NCBI RefSeq assembly: GCF_947568905.1
Contig: NC_079169.1
Location: forward strand, 5,890,001 to 5,954,000
Length of the DNA: 64,000 bases
From: Ostrea edulis
Lineage: Eukaryota
Direction of reading: 5' to 3'
Numbering within the stretch: the stretch's first letter is position 1; the number at the start of each line of letters is the position of its first letter. Under the pieces are notes generated by a model. It saw only the letters and a program-made list of their open reading frames with translations, ran no database searches and was not told the origin of the DNA. Positions 1 through 13,060 of this stretch are shown piece by piece. A program made the translations under genes and the position numbers.

Positions 1-51
1 TTTAAAACTTGTTATAATTGCATCTTATATTCTAGTAATTAAATATTACAG

Positions 52-3000
52 GCTACAGATTTTGGCATGGAGGATCCGAAAACTCATTTTCATTGGTGGC
101 AAAAGGGAAAAGAACATATGATGTAAGAACGATAACTCCTACACTTTATTCATCAATGCATCCTTTTCTGTGTTATGTAATATTTCATAATGATTTTTTG
201 TTATAATTGTTTCTCTTTTCTTTAGTTCATATGTCCAACAATAGAAGATTTTGAAAAATGGAAAGCGGCAATTTTAGCAGTTACAGAAAATGTTCGTAAG
301 TATTATTCTAACTTCTCCCTTACGGATATTACATAAGACCATTCCATGTCAACCCACAGTCATGATGTGCAGTTATGTTAATGCTTTGTTATGTTTAATA
401 TATGAATGACTGCAGTACATGTATATACATTTTCAAGTGGCTAATCCGATTGCAATATAGTTTGATAAAATAAACAGACAAATAAAAGGGCAATGGTATC
501 AACATATCATATGTAATATTTGCAATATAACTTAAAGATAATAGCAAGATAATATCAGATACTGTAGAAGTGGTTATTTACGCATGGGGGTATTTACACT
601 AATTGCGCGGTCACGTAATCAGCACGTAAATTTCCCTCACGCGTATAGCTATCAAAATATTTGATATGATATATATCATATTCAGTTGGACGTGGAAAAA
701 TGCATTTGCTTTTGTTTATATTTCTGTATAATTACAATAATTTGTAAACTATTTACTTGACAGCTTCCGGTCACGAAGTGTATATAAACAAAAATTCGTT
801 ATCTAAAAGTCATTCTACTTCTTCGCCCTCTACATCTAAAAAGATAACCCGGAAACCATCATTCACACGTGAGAGTTCAGACGACAGCACGGACACAAAT
901 GATACCATACCGTCACGCCCCCCTCCGGTAAAACGATTCCCTCAGAGACCCCCAGCTCCCCCTATGCCAATGTCAGGTAAAGTGTTATCAGTAAACCACT
1001 AGGATGTCATGCTTGTGATCAGTAAAACACTAGACTGTCATGCTTGTTATCAGTAAAACACTAGGGTGTCATACTTGTGATCTGTAAAACACTAGACTGT
1101 CATGCTTGTGATCAGTAAAACACTAGACTGTCATACTTGTGATCAGTAAAACACTAGGGTGTCATGCTTGTGATCAGTAAAACACTAGTGTGTCATGCTT
1201 GTGATCAGTAAAACACTAGACTGTCATGCTTGTGATCAGTAAAACACTAGACTGTCATGCTTGTTATCAGTAAAACACTAGGGTGTCATACTTGTGATCT
1301 GTAAAACACTAGACTGTCATGCTTGTGATCAGTAAAACACTAGACTGTCATACTTGTGATCAGTAAAACACTAGGGTGTCATGCTTGTTATCAGTAAAAT
1401 ACTAGGGTGTCATGCTTGTGATCAGTAAAACACTAGGGTATCATGCTTGTGATCAGTAAAACACTAGGATGTCATATTTGTTATCAGTAAAACATTAGGA
1501 TGTCATGCTTGTTATCAGTAAAACACTAGAGTTTCATGCTTGTTATCAGTAAAACACTAGACTGTCATGCTTGTGATCAGTAAAACACTAGAGTTTCATG
1601 CTTGTGATCAGTAAAACACTAGACTGTCATGCTTGTGATCAGTAAAACACTAGGGTGTCATGCTTGTGATCAGTAAAACACTAGGGTGTCATGCTTGTGA
1701 TCAGTAAAACACTAGGGTGTCATGCTTGTTATCAGTAAAACACTAGTGTGTCATGCTTGTGATCAGTAAAACACTAGACTGTCATGCTTGTGATCAGTAA
1801 AACACTAGACTGTCATGCTTGTTATCAGTAAAACACTAGACTGTCATGCTTGTTATCAGTAAAACACTAGAATGTCATGCTTGTGATCAGTAAAGCACTA
1901 GAGTGTCATGCTTGTTATCAGTGAAACACTAGACTGTCATGCTTGTGATCAGTAAAACACTAGACTGTCATGCTTGTGATCAGTAAAACACTAGACTGTC
2001 ATGCTTGTGATCAGTAAAACACTAGACTGTCATGCTTGTGATCAATAAAACACTAGGATGTCATGCTTGTTATCAGTAAAACACTAGACTGTCATGCTTG
2101 TGATCAGTAAAACACTAGACTGTCATGCTTGTTATCAGTAAAACACTAGGGTGTCATGCTTGTTATTAGTAAAGCACTAGACTGTCATGCTTGTTATCAG
2201 TAAAACACTAGGGTGTCATGCTTGTGATCAGTAAAACACTAGTGTGTCATGCTTGTGATCAGTAAAACACTAGACTGTCATGCTTGTTATCAGTAAAATA
2301 CTAGACTGTCATGCTTGTTATCAGTAAAACACTAGAATGTCATGCTTGTGATCAGTAAAACACTAGACTGTCATGCTTGTTATCAGTAAAACACTATGGT
2401 GTCATGCTTGTTATCAGTAAAACACTAGACTGTCATGCTTGTGATTAGTAAAACACTAGACTGTCATGCTTGTTATCAGTAAAACACTAGTGTGTCATGC
2501 TTGTTATCAGTAAAACACTAGACTGTCATGCTTGTGATTAGTAAAACACTAGACTGTCATGCTTGTTATCAGTAAAACACTAGGGTGTCATACTTGTTAT
2601 CAGTAAAACACTAGTGTGTCATGCTTGTTATCAGTAAAACACTAGACTGTCATGCTTGTGATCAGTAAAATACTAGACTATCATGCTTGTGATCAGTAAA
2701 ACACTAGTGTGTCATGCTTGTTATTAGTAAAGCACTAGACTGTCATGCTTGTTATCAGTAAAACACTAGGGTGTCATGCTTGTGATCAGTAAAACACTAG
2801 TGTGTCATGCTTGTGATCAGTAAAACACTAGACTGTCATGCTTGTTATCAGTAAAACACTAGACTGTCATGCTTGTTATTAGTAAAGCACTAGACTGTCA
2901 TGCTTGTTATCAGTAAAACACTAGGGTGTCATGCTTGTGATCAGTAAAACACTAGACTGTCATGCTTGTGATCAGTAAAACACTAGACTGTCATGCTTGT

Positions 3001-5552
3001 GATCAGTAAAACACTAGGGTGTCATGCTTGTGATCAGTAAAACACTAGGGTGTCATGCTTGTTATCAGTAAAACACTAGACTGTCATGCTTGTGATCAGT
3101 AAAGCACTAGACTGTCATGCTTGTTATCAGTAAAACACTAGGGTATCATGCTTGTGATCAGTAAAACACTAGGATGTCATGCTTGTGATCAGTAAAACAC
3201 TAGGATGTCTTGCTTGTTATCAATAAAACACTAGGGTGTCATGCTTGTTATCAGTAAAACACTAGAGTGTCATGCTTGTTATCAGTAAAACACTAGGGCG
3301 TCATACTTGTTATCAGTGAAACACTAGGCTGTCATTCTCGACATTTTGGTGTTAGGAAGCATTGTGGCTTATTCTGGTGTCATTTTTGCAGGGACTAAGC
3401 CACCAATGAAAAAGATACAGTCGGATCCATCATTACAGCAATATGCCACAGTCAACAAGTTAAACAAGTCAAACGTTTATAGAACCAACACTACAATTCC
3501 TGCATCAGAACGTTAGTCTTCACATTTCTGCAGTTACACTTACATTCATTTAGAGGCTCTTATTTTGACATGAACGTGTTGTTATTAAAAAAATCTCCTG
3601 CATGGTTAAAATTTCCTCTTATAGTGCAAAATGGGTCGAAAGGTGTTGTCCCCGAAAATCCACCATACATTTTCTTTTTCATCGAGCAATTCATATTAGA
3701 TTAAATATATAATATTCCATTTATAAGGATTTTCTTTCTATGCTCAACAAATATAGTTTAGTCACTTCATTGACACCGAGTAATAGTTGATAAAATGTCA
3801 AATGCACGTAATTTTCGTTAAACATCATTAAAATTAACGGTGAGAGGTGAACGTAGGCAACCTTGAATTGCTGGACCGTATCTGTTTGGTTAACCGTGAA
3901 CATGTGTGATAACACAAATGCAGTCTCCCTCCTCAACACGTAGATTGTCGGTTTAGTTTGTGTCTCTACTATCTCTTCTTGCAAAAGAAATGTTCAACCA
4001 TTTTCACCAAAAAACTTGTTAACATTGATTTTATTGACTTCAACAATTTGAAATCCCTTTATCATTCCATCGTTTCTTTTTACTATTATTCGTATCCCTT
4101 ACCCACAATTATGTGGGTGCGATTTCTCGTTGATAAGCATATCTCATTTGTCTATATTTTGGTATGTATAATAAAAGATTAATCTATTGATTATTATGTT
4201 TAGCTGTCAATGACCTTGACGATTACGATGTGGTCGACCATAACCACCGACACAGCGATATCAGTAAGTTACTTTACCTTAAAATTATAAATAGTAATTA
4301 GAATTTCTGTGAAGACAATTCATAAACAGACGAGCTTTTTGAAGGTTCTGCTTCGGACGATGAGATTTATGACCATGCCGGCGAACCACCAGAACCGGTA
4401 TACTCTTCTATTAGGCAACAGAGCACACAATCCGTCTCCTCGACAGGTACTCGAAAAGTAACGCATTAACGTATATATTGGTCATAAGAAGCATGGCTTG
4501 TCGACAGGTACTCGACGTATCCATAAGTAGCTGCATTGACGTATTTATCGGTCCTATTGAGCTTGTATCTGTTGCTGTAGTTGCTTTCTTATCCTACTTG
4601 TTGCTACGCTTGATACATACAGCTGTACATGTATATTGTCTGGTGCAGAACAGACTATTTCATGGCTCCATGTAACACTCGCTATTTCAAAATCAAAATG
4701 TAGAGGTTTTGGTATTTTTATCAGCCTTTGTAGTTTGATTTTAGTGCTAGTTTGCATTTGATTTTATCTAATTAGTTATCATTTCTATATGTTTACATTC
4801 ACAAAATCTTTTCTTTCATATATTTCTTTTGAAATTGGCGCATTGGTTTCATTTGCTATAATGAATACATGTTCGTTGCAAACTAGTTCGATCCGGCTTT
4901 TTATTATCACTTATATATATTCTATAAGGAATATATATTATATAAGGAAGTTCGTTCGAATTTAACAACAAGGAATTTACGGTAAATTCAGATATGACGT
5001 GCTCCACCAAAAATTTAATTTATGTTATAACATGTGCTGGCTGTGGAAAACATCATATCGGTGAAACTGGAACTACTCTGCGAACTCGTATACGAGTTCA
5101 TAAACAACACATTTCAGCACCCGAATACAGAAAAATTAAAGTTAGTGAACATATAGATGTGTGTGGCCACGGACAATTCAGTGTATTTCCGTTTTATAAA
5201 CTGTATACAGAAAATACTATTTCCCGACGAGAAAAAGAAAGACACTTTATTAAGACTTTAAAACCGGCTCTCAATAGCTTACTGTAAAATATGTTTACTG
5301 TTATTATCTATGACGTCATAATATGCTTAACGTAAAATCCTTTTCCCTTCATTCGTTTATGACGTCGTTATGTACGTGAAATGTTAGGACGCCTTTATGA
5401 CGTCAAACCATTTCAAAACTATTTTAAAATGTAACGCCTGAGGATTATAAAATGAAAGCGCTTGCGTTCAATTTTTAACTTTGTGTACTGTTTATTCTAT
5501 TTCTTTTAATATTTTATACCGGACACTGTGATTTTTTTTAAAAACACAATTT

Positions 5553-5603
<51 letters not shown>

Positions 5604-5700
5604 GAAATAGAACAAACAGTACACAAAGTTAAAATTTTAACGCAACCGCTTTCATTTTATAATCCTCAGGCGTTACATTTTAAAATAGTTTTGATTTCAA

Positions 5701-5750
<50 letters not shown>

Positions 5751-6818
5751 GATTTGTTTTCCAGATTCCGACGAAGATTATGCTCATATAAATCCCCGAA
5801 ATTCGGACGACTACGCCAGCACCAAGGAAATTCAACTGCTCCGAAAGCGAACTTCGTCTGGTTATGATCACCCTTATGCAGTTGCAAATTTGAAGAAATA
5901 TGATGATTCTCAAAGTTCTGGTAAAAAAAAGCAACCCTTTACGTATATAACAGCTATCATTATAGTGATTTAGGTATTTTACCTAATTACCGAAATCATT
6001 TATTACCACTGCAATTAGATGCTTTGTATCTTGAAGCTGAAGGCATTTCCCTGTTTGCTAATATCAATTCACATCATATTTGTTTAGATGAAGAATCTTA
6101 TCTTACAAGTGCGGATTTACATGGCCAAAACCATTCTAGTCAAACTCCCACGAGAAAGATGGATTCCAGCATTGCGTCACTGTTGGGCTTAAATATCAAA
6201 GATAAAAAGGAATTAAATTCAAGTGATTCGGACTTGGATGATTATGTTGAATTCATTGGTGAAGGTCTAGCAAAGCCCCCAAAGGCTTCTTCCTCTCCAA
6301 GAAAGGACCGACCATCAAGGAAGAAGTGCCACCAGGAGGACGCTATCTTGAACAGTGTTCCTGAAGACCCATACATGGAATTTGTTGGTGAAGAAAAGTT
6401 ATATGATGATGAGGAAGAAGATGAGGATGAGGAGGCTGTGCATTCAGAGGAGACTTCGGTGACAGAGAATGATGTTGTGCAAAACGAAAACACAAAGAAC
6501 AACACAAAACAGAAGAAAGCTTTGTCGATCCAACACTCGCTGCAGCTGGAATTAAACAGCAAACTTGTTCAACGATTAAACAATTCTGAGGAAAGCACAC
6601 CACCAGATCCAGACAAAGGCGATGATGAACCTTTGTATCAAAACTTTTTGGAAATAAACACACTAGAGACACGGAGTCTCCCACGTGACATTAAAATGCC
6701 GTCATCTTCAAGCAGTCAGTCGCACAAACGGAAGCAGTCCAGTTTTGAATCCAACAGCGACAGCTCAAGCGAAGGGGAGTGTCTTCCTCTGCCAGAAGGC
6801 GTGTCTCAGTCCCAATGA
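52..6818 (+). CDS. 3' part (8 exons, ~511 aa in window) of a PH-domain, Pro-rich, multi-tyrosine docking/adaptor protein (Gab/DOS/Dok/SKAP-like architecture); 5' exons lie upstream of the window
   Basis: Exons 52-122, 226-295, 764-976, 3392-3511, 4204-4263, 4330-4446, 5765-5920, 6088-6818 all have AG/GT borders and join in one frame to TGA at 6816-6818. Exons 1-2 read YRFWHGGSENSFSLVAKGKRTYD|FICPTIEDFEKWKAAILAV, a typical PH-domain C-terminus (R-x-Y/F-x-F strand then helix with invariant W). Downstream: PSRPPPVKRFPQRPPAPP and acidic Tyr motifs. Explains ORF-track entries 757-1002 and 6024-6818. Confidence 0.8.
985..3335. repeat. 31-bp minisatellite (~76 copies) filling intron 3 of the adaptor gene
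   Basis: Unit ATCAGTAAAACACTAGACTGTCATGCTTGTG, with variants at GACT/GGGT/GTGT and GTG/GTT. Confidence 0.97.
4946..5553 (+). mobile_element. 5'-truncated Penelope-like retroelement 3' end (C-terminal GIY-YIG endonuclease + 3' UTR), intronic
   Basis: ORF 4994-5287 (frame extends upstream to ~4946): DMTCSTKNLIYVITCAGCGKHHIGETGTTLRTRIRVHK...EHIDVC...RREKERHFIKTLKPALN. This has the GIY-YIG motifs (LIY..HIG, conserved R, E and N) and the CxxC of C-terminal PLE endonucleases. No RT in front of it; ends at a (TA)n tract. Confidence 0.85.
5433..5468 (+). ncRNA. Minimal type I hammerhead ribozyme motif in the PLE 3' region
   Basis: AACGC-CTGAGGA-TTATAAAAT-GAA-AGCGCT-T-GCGTT: helix I AACGC/GCGTT, CUGANGA and GAAA core boxes, palindromic helix III AGCGCT. 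Helix II is weak (U-U closing pair). PLEs are known carriers of minimal hammerheads. Confidence 0.6.
5555..5746. repeat. Two (TA)n microsatellites, 5555-5598 and 5704-5746
   Basis: Pure TA dinucleotide runs of ~22 units each. Confidence 0.95.
5597..5694 (-). mobile_element. Inverted ~98-bp copy of the PLE 3' region (pLTR-like), including a mutated hammerhead copy at 5639-5674
   Basis: Reverse complement matches 5413-5510 with only a few substitutions; flanked by (TA)n on both sides. Confidence 0.85.
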
Positions 6819-7723
6819 TCTTACGATCGATTTCAAAACAACTTGTGAATTTCTACCTTGTAAATCTTCCCTGAAAAGAAAAGCAATAGGGGAAAAATAG
6901 TCCATCCCAATAATTAAGAAAGATTACAGCATGTTCTTGGGTTAATAGCAATAGATAAAACAGTCATTTGTAAATTGCTAGATTGCTGTTTTCAATGACA
7001 ATACTGATGACGTATTCTGATGTGAATGGATTGTGGTAAAATGATTAAATTATTACAAATTGTTTTGAAAATGATATTTTTATTTCACTCCACGCGTCAC
7101 GTCGACGGCGTTCATCCCGCCATGTTTTGTCAAAACTGAAACTTATTTCTTAAATATTTATACATGTATATGAGTCATCAATTCATCGTTTTGAATACAA
7201 TCTTTGAGTTATGCTTAAGCTGCGCTGTCTCTGTCTCTGATATTCTGTTAGTGATCACTTATTCTTTTGCAACTCGGAGAGCGTTGAAAAAATAGACTAG
7301 AGTTATCTCTCCTGACGCAGTATCTAAGGCCACATATTACCTTAATTAAAAGGTGTGGTCATGAACCGGTATGCCATTTTATAAGATTGCAGAGAAGATA
7401 AAGTTTCCTTTGAAGCATTGTGTTATAAATGAGCCAAAGGACGACAAATTCAATGAATTAAAAAAACATGATATACACCATGCCCGTGTTATTTGTCATT
7501 CATCGATTTCTCACACCGTTAGGATCATCTTTCACAATGCATTTGTTGAACTGTGTACTATTATTTACAATAAATACAAACGACAAGTGTAATGATCATT
7601 TATCAGTTGTATAAGAAAACCAAGGCAGTAGATAGTACAGACTTGTGAATGGGATAGTACTTTTGTCAGAAAAGTTATGTGGAAACAAGGTAGGAATATA
7701 TCGTCACACTGTGATTAAGCTTA

Positions 7724-7936
7724 ATGACGAAGGTGAAAATAACGAACAGTGATATCATTAATCTTATAAACAATGCACACTTTCGAACAGATCAAACAAG
7801 GACTCCTATTTACACCACAGGTAGGTGTTCAGGAGGAGTAAAGCACCCCCTGTTGACCGGTCACACCCGCCGTGGCCCCTTTTGTCTTGATCAGATGAAT
7901 GGAGTTACAGTAATCTATCTGTAGCCAAAATCAGAA
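7724..7936 (-). mobile_element. 3' tail fragment of Naiad-type Penelope-like element
   Basis: Diverged reverse-complement match to the tails at 16440-16635 and 55600-55792 (GGAGGAGTAA..CACCCCCTGTTGACCGGTCACACCCGCCG; GAAGGTGAAAATAACGAACAGTGA). Confidence 0.75.
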
Positions 7937-8780
7937 TGACCTGACAAATCATGTGGAACTTTGTACATCATACCGAACCCGCATTCTGGACTTTATACAC
8001 TTGTTTGAATACGTGAAATGATAGAGGTGTTCCGCAAAATTGGAATACGATTTGTATTCAAAAGAAAATGACGTTTATCCTGCCCAGTCACATGACCTAA
8101 CAATATTTTATACAACTTAAAGTATGGTGTATAATCATAATTAAAGAATTCAACAGTTTAACTTCATTGAAAAAATCAGGTGGTTTTACCCAATAAGCAT
8201 GCTGTCTCGTTGTTTACTGTTCTAACATTACAAGAATCGTTTAATCCATTTATTACAATGTCTTGGCTTTCGGAATACAATGAAGTTTGAAAAATAGATT
8301 TTCAGTTAAGAACCTATTTTACATATTCTTAATTTGTTTGTTTTACAGGTAACCGAAACGCTAGACTCATTTGCAACACCGCCGATGCCTCTGTTATCAT
8401 TTACATAGATATCACATAACATTAACAGTTTGTTTCAATAACCTAAATAACATAAACATCGCGAAATCAAAACTCCGAATCCCATCTATTCATTTTGAAA
8501 CTTTTTTCTGTGGAATTTTTGAAAGATCACTATTTCTTAGTAACTCCTCGATGCTCTTGGACGTAATTAAAACTACAACTAGTTTTCTTAATACATATAG
8601 ATAATATGTGTTTAAACTTCAGTTACTGCTTTTAACGTAAACATCGAATTTTCAATTTGACTTCTGTTATGAGTATCACCTCCATTTTGCATAACTTTTA
8701 TTTAGTTTGTAGTGCATTATCAAAATATCATCAATTAAAAAAAATAACCCTTTAAATAATATTCTGACCTCTGACGAGAT

Positions 8781-11700
8781 ATATAATACTGTTACATTAA
8801 CACTAAATACATATAGATCTATTGTTACATTAATACTAAATACATATAGATCTATTGTTACATTAACACTGAATACATATAGATCTATTGTTACATTAAC
8901 ACTAAATATATATAAATCTATTGTTACATTAACACTAAATACATATAAATCTATTGTTACATTAACACTAAATACATATAAATCTACTGTTACATTAACA
9001 CTAAATACATATAGATCTATTGTTACATTAACGCTAAATACATATAAATCTACTGTTACATTAACACTAAATACATATAAATCTATTGTTACATTAATAC
9101 TAAATACATATAGATCTATTGTTACATTAACACTAAATACATATAAATCTACTGTTACATTAACACTAAATACATATAGATCTATTGTTACATTAACACT
9201 AAATACATATAAATCTATTGTTACATTAACACTAAATACATATAAATCTACTGTTACATTAACACTAAATACATATAAATCTATTGTTACATTAACACTA
9301 AATACATATGAATCTATTGTTACATTAACACTAAATACATATAAATCTATTGTTACATTAACACTAAATACATATAAATCTACTGTTACATTAACACTAA
9401 ATACATATAAATCTATTGTTACATTGACACTAAATACATATAGATCTATTGTTACATTAACACTAAATACATATAGATCTATTGTTACATTAAGATTAAA
9501 TACATATAAATATACTGTTACATTAACACTAAATACATATAAATCTACTGTTACATTAACACTAAATACATATAAATCTATTGTTACATTAATACTAAAT
9601 ACATATAAATCTATTGTTACATTAACACTAAATACATATAGATCTATTGTTACATTAACACTAAATACATATAAATCTATTGTTACATTAATACTAAATA
9701 CATATAAATCTATTGTTACATTAACACTAAATACATATAGATCTATTGTTACATTAACACTAAATACACATAAATCTATTGTTACATTAACACTAAATAC
9801 ATATAAATCTATTGTTACATTAATACTAAATACATATAAATCTATTGTTACATTAACACTAAATACATATAGATCTATTGTTACATTAACACTAAATACA
9901 CATAAATCTATTGTTACATTAACACTAAATACATATAGATCTATTGTTACATTAATACTAAATAAATATAAATCTATTGTTACATTAACACTAAATACAT
10001 ATAAATCTATTGTTACATTAACACTAAATACATATGAATCTATTGTTACATTAACACTAAATACATATAAATCTATTGTTACATTAACACTAAATACATA
10101 TAAATCTACTGTTACATTAACACTAAATACATATAAATCTATTGTTACATTAACACTAAACACATATAAATCTATTGTTACATTAACACTAAATACATAT
10201 AAATCTATTGTTACATTAACACTGAATACATATAGATCTATTGTTACATTAACACTAAATACATATAAATCTATTGTTACATTAACACTAAATACATATA
10301 AATCTACTGTTACATTAACACTAAATACATATAGATCTATTGTTACATTAATACTAAATACATATAAATCTATTGTTACATTAACACTATATATATATAA
10401 ATCTACTGTTACATTAACACTAAATACATATAAATCTACTGTTACATTAACACTAAATACATATAAATATATTGTTACATTAACACTAAATACATATAGA
10501 TCTATTGTTACATTAACACTAAATACATATAAATCTATTGTTACATTAATACTAAATACATATAAATCTATTGTTACATTAACACTAAATACATATGGAT
10601 CTATTGTTACATTAACACTAAATACATATAAATCTATTGTTACATTAACACTAAATACATATAAATCTATTGTTACATTAACACTAAACACATATAGATC
10701 TATTGTTACATTAACACTAAATACATATAGATCTATTGTTACATTAACACTAAATACATATAAATCTATTGTTACATTAATACTAAATACATATAAATCT
10801 ATTGTTACATTAACACTAAATACATATAGATCTATTGTTACATTAACACTAAATACACATAAATCTATTGTTACATTAACACTAAATACACATAAATCTA
10901 TTGTTACATTAATACTAAATACATATAAATCTATTGTTACATTAACACTAAATACATATAAATCTACTGTTACATTAACACTAAATACATATAAATCTAT
11001 TGTTACATTAATACTAAATACATATAGATCTATTGTTACATTAATACTAAATAGATATAGATCTATTGTTACATTAACACTAAATAGATATAGATCTATT
11101 GTTACATTAACACTAAATACATATAAATCTATTGTTACATTAATACTAAATACATATAAATCTATTGTTACATTAACACTAAACAGATATAAATATATTG
11201 TTACATTAACACTAAATACATATAGATCTATTGTTACATTAACACTAAATACATATAGATATATTGTTACATTAAGATTAAATACATATAAATCTACTGT
11301 TACATTAACACTAAATACATATAGATCTATTGTTACATTAACACTAAATACATATAAATCTACTGTTACATTAATACTAAATACATATAGATCTATTGTT
11401 ACATTAAGATTTAATACATATAAATGTACTGTTACATTAACACTAAATACATATAGATCTATTGTTACATTAACACTAAATACATATAGATCTATTGTTA
11501 CATTAACACTAAATATATATAGATCTATTGTTACATTAATACTAAATACATATAAATCTATTGTTACATTAACACTAAACAGATATAAATCTATTGTTAC
11601 ATTAACACTAAATACATATAGATCTATTGTTACATTAACACTAAATACATATAGATCTATTGTTACATTAAGATTAAATACATATAAATCTACTGTTACA

Positions 11701-12294
11701 TTAACACTAAATACATATAGATCTATTGTTACATTAACACTAAATACATATAAATCTACTGTTACATTAATACTAAATGCATATAGATCTATTGTTACAT
11801 TAAGATTTAATACATATAAATGTACTGTTACATTAACACTAAATACATATAGATCTATTGTTACATTAACACTAAATACATATTGATCTATTGTTACATT
11901 AACACTAAATATATATAGATCTATTGTTACATTAACACTAAATATATATAAATCTACTGTTACAATAACACTAAACACATATAAATCTATTGTTACATTA
12001 ACACTAAATAGATATAGATCTATTGTTACATTAAGATTAAATACATATAAATCTATTGTTACATTAACACTAAATACATATAAATCTACTGTTACATTAA
12101 CACTAAATAGATATAAATCTATTGTTACATTAACACTAAATACATATAAATCTACTGTTACATTAACACTAAATAGATATAAATCTATTGTTACATTAAC
12201 ACTAAATACATATAAATCTACTGTTACATTAACACTAAATACATATAAATCTACTGTTACATTAACACTAAATACATATAGATCTACTGTTACA
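8781..12294. repeat. 33-bp minisatellite (~106 copies)
   Basis: Unit TCTATTGTTACATTAACACTAAATACATATA(A/G)A; gives the 11-aa periodicity of the spurious ORFs 8676-11978 and 9424-11886. Confidence 0.97.
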
Positions 12295-12681
12295 GTTTAT
12301 GTTTATTGTTTATTCACTAATCAAGGGCTCTCGTTCGGGGTGGAGGTGGGGGGCAAGTACAGGTTAACAAGCAATTATATATGAAATACTGATTACAGAG
12401 AAGATTTGAATTAACAACATGATAAATAAAATAATCCAACTGCTTCACACATCAGTTTCTGGGACAGCAGATAACGATAGTGTTGTGTGAATACATATAC
12501 AATTGTAATCAAATCAGTATAATTATATTTTAGTAAGTACAGTATGCAAGTATAAAACACATGTACATGTAGGAACCAGTTGTTCTTAATGTTTTATGCT
12601 AATGCAGGGAGATTAGAATAGAATAATTATATATATGAAAACAATTGTACGAAGTGTTAAAGAAGGTATGAATTGTTGACT

Positions 12682-13060
12682 TGATTACAGGGGCACCAAG
12701 AGACAGTGCCTGTTAACAGACTGGTAGTAAATCTATTGTACCAGACTGTTGGTCTTGTACTCCCAGGTAACCAAGACAGCTTACAAGTGTAAAGCAAAGG
12801 AAATGTTTACAATGCAAAGACATGTACTTGCAGTATCACATTCCACTGTTCAAAATCATCTTACTGAATGTCCAAAGCAGGAAGGTTAGAATACTTATAT
12901 AAAAGAGAATAGCGTTTTATGAGAGAATAAAAACACGATATGTTGACCTGATTACAGGGAGCACCAAGGGGCAGTGCCTATTAACAGTATGATAATAAAT
13001 TATTGTACCAGACTGTTGGTCTTGTACTACTAGTAGCCAAGACAGCCTACAAGTGTAAAA
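12682..13060. repeat. ~112-bp imperfect direct duplication (12682-12792 and 12949-13060)
   Basis: Both copies read TGATTACAGGG(A)GCACCAAG...CAGTGCCT...TTGTACCAGACTGTTGGTCTTGTACT...CCAAGACAGC(T/C)TACAAGTGTAAA. Confidence 0.85.

Noticed and set aside
6242-6900. ORFs 6242-6562, 6343-6684 (-) and 6685-6900 (+)
   Set aside because: Shadow frames of the adaptor's last exon.
8676-11978. 1100-aa and 820-aa minus-strand ORFs as real genes
   Set aside because: They are translations of a 33-bp tandem repeat; no start context, no unique domain, and the array extends beyond the ORFs.
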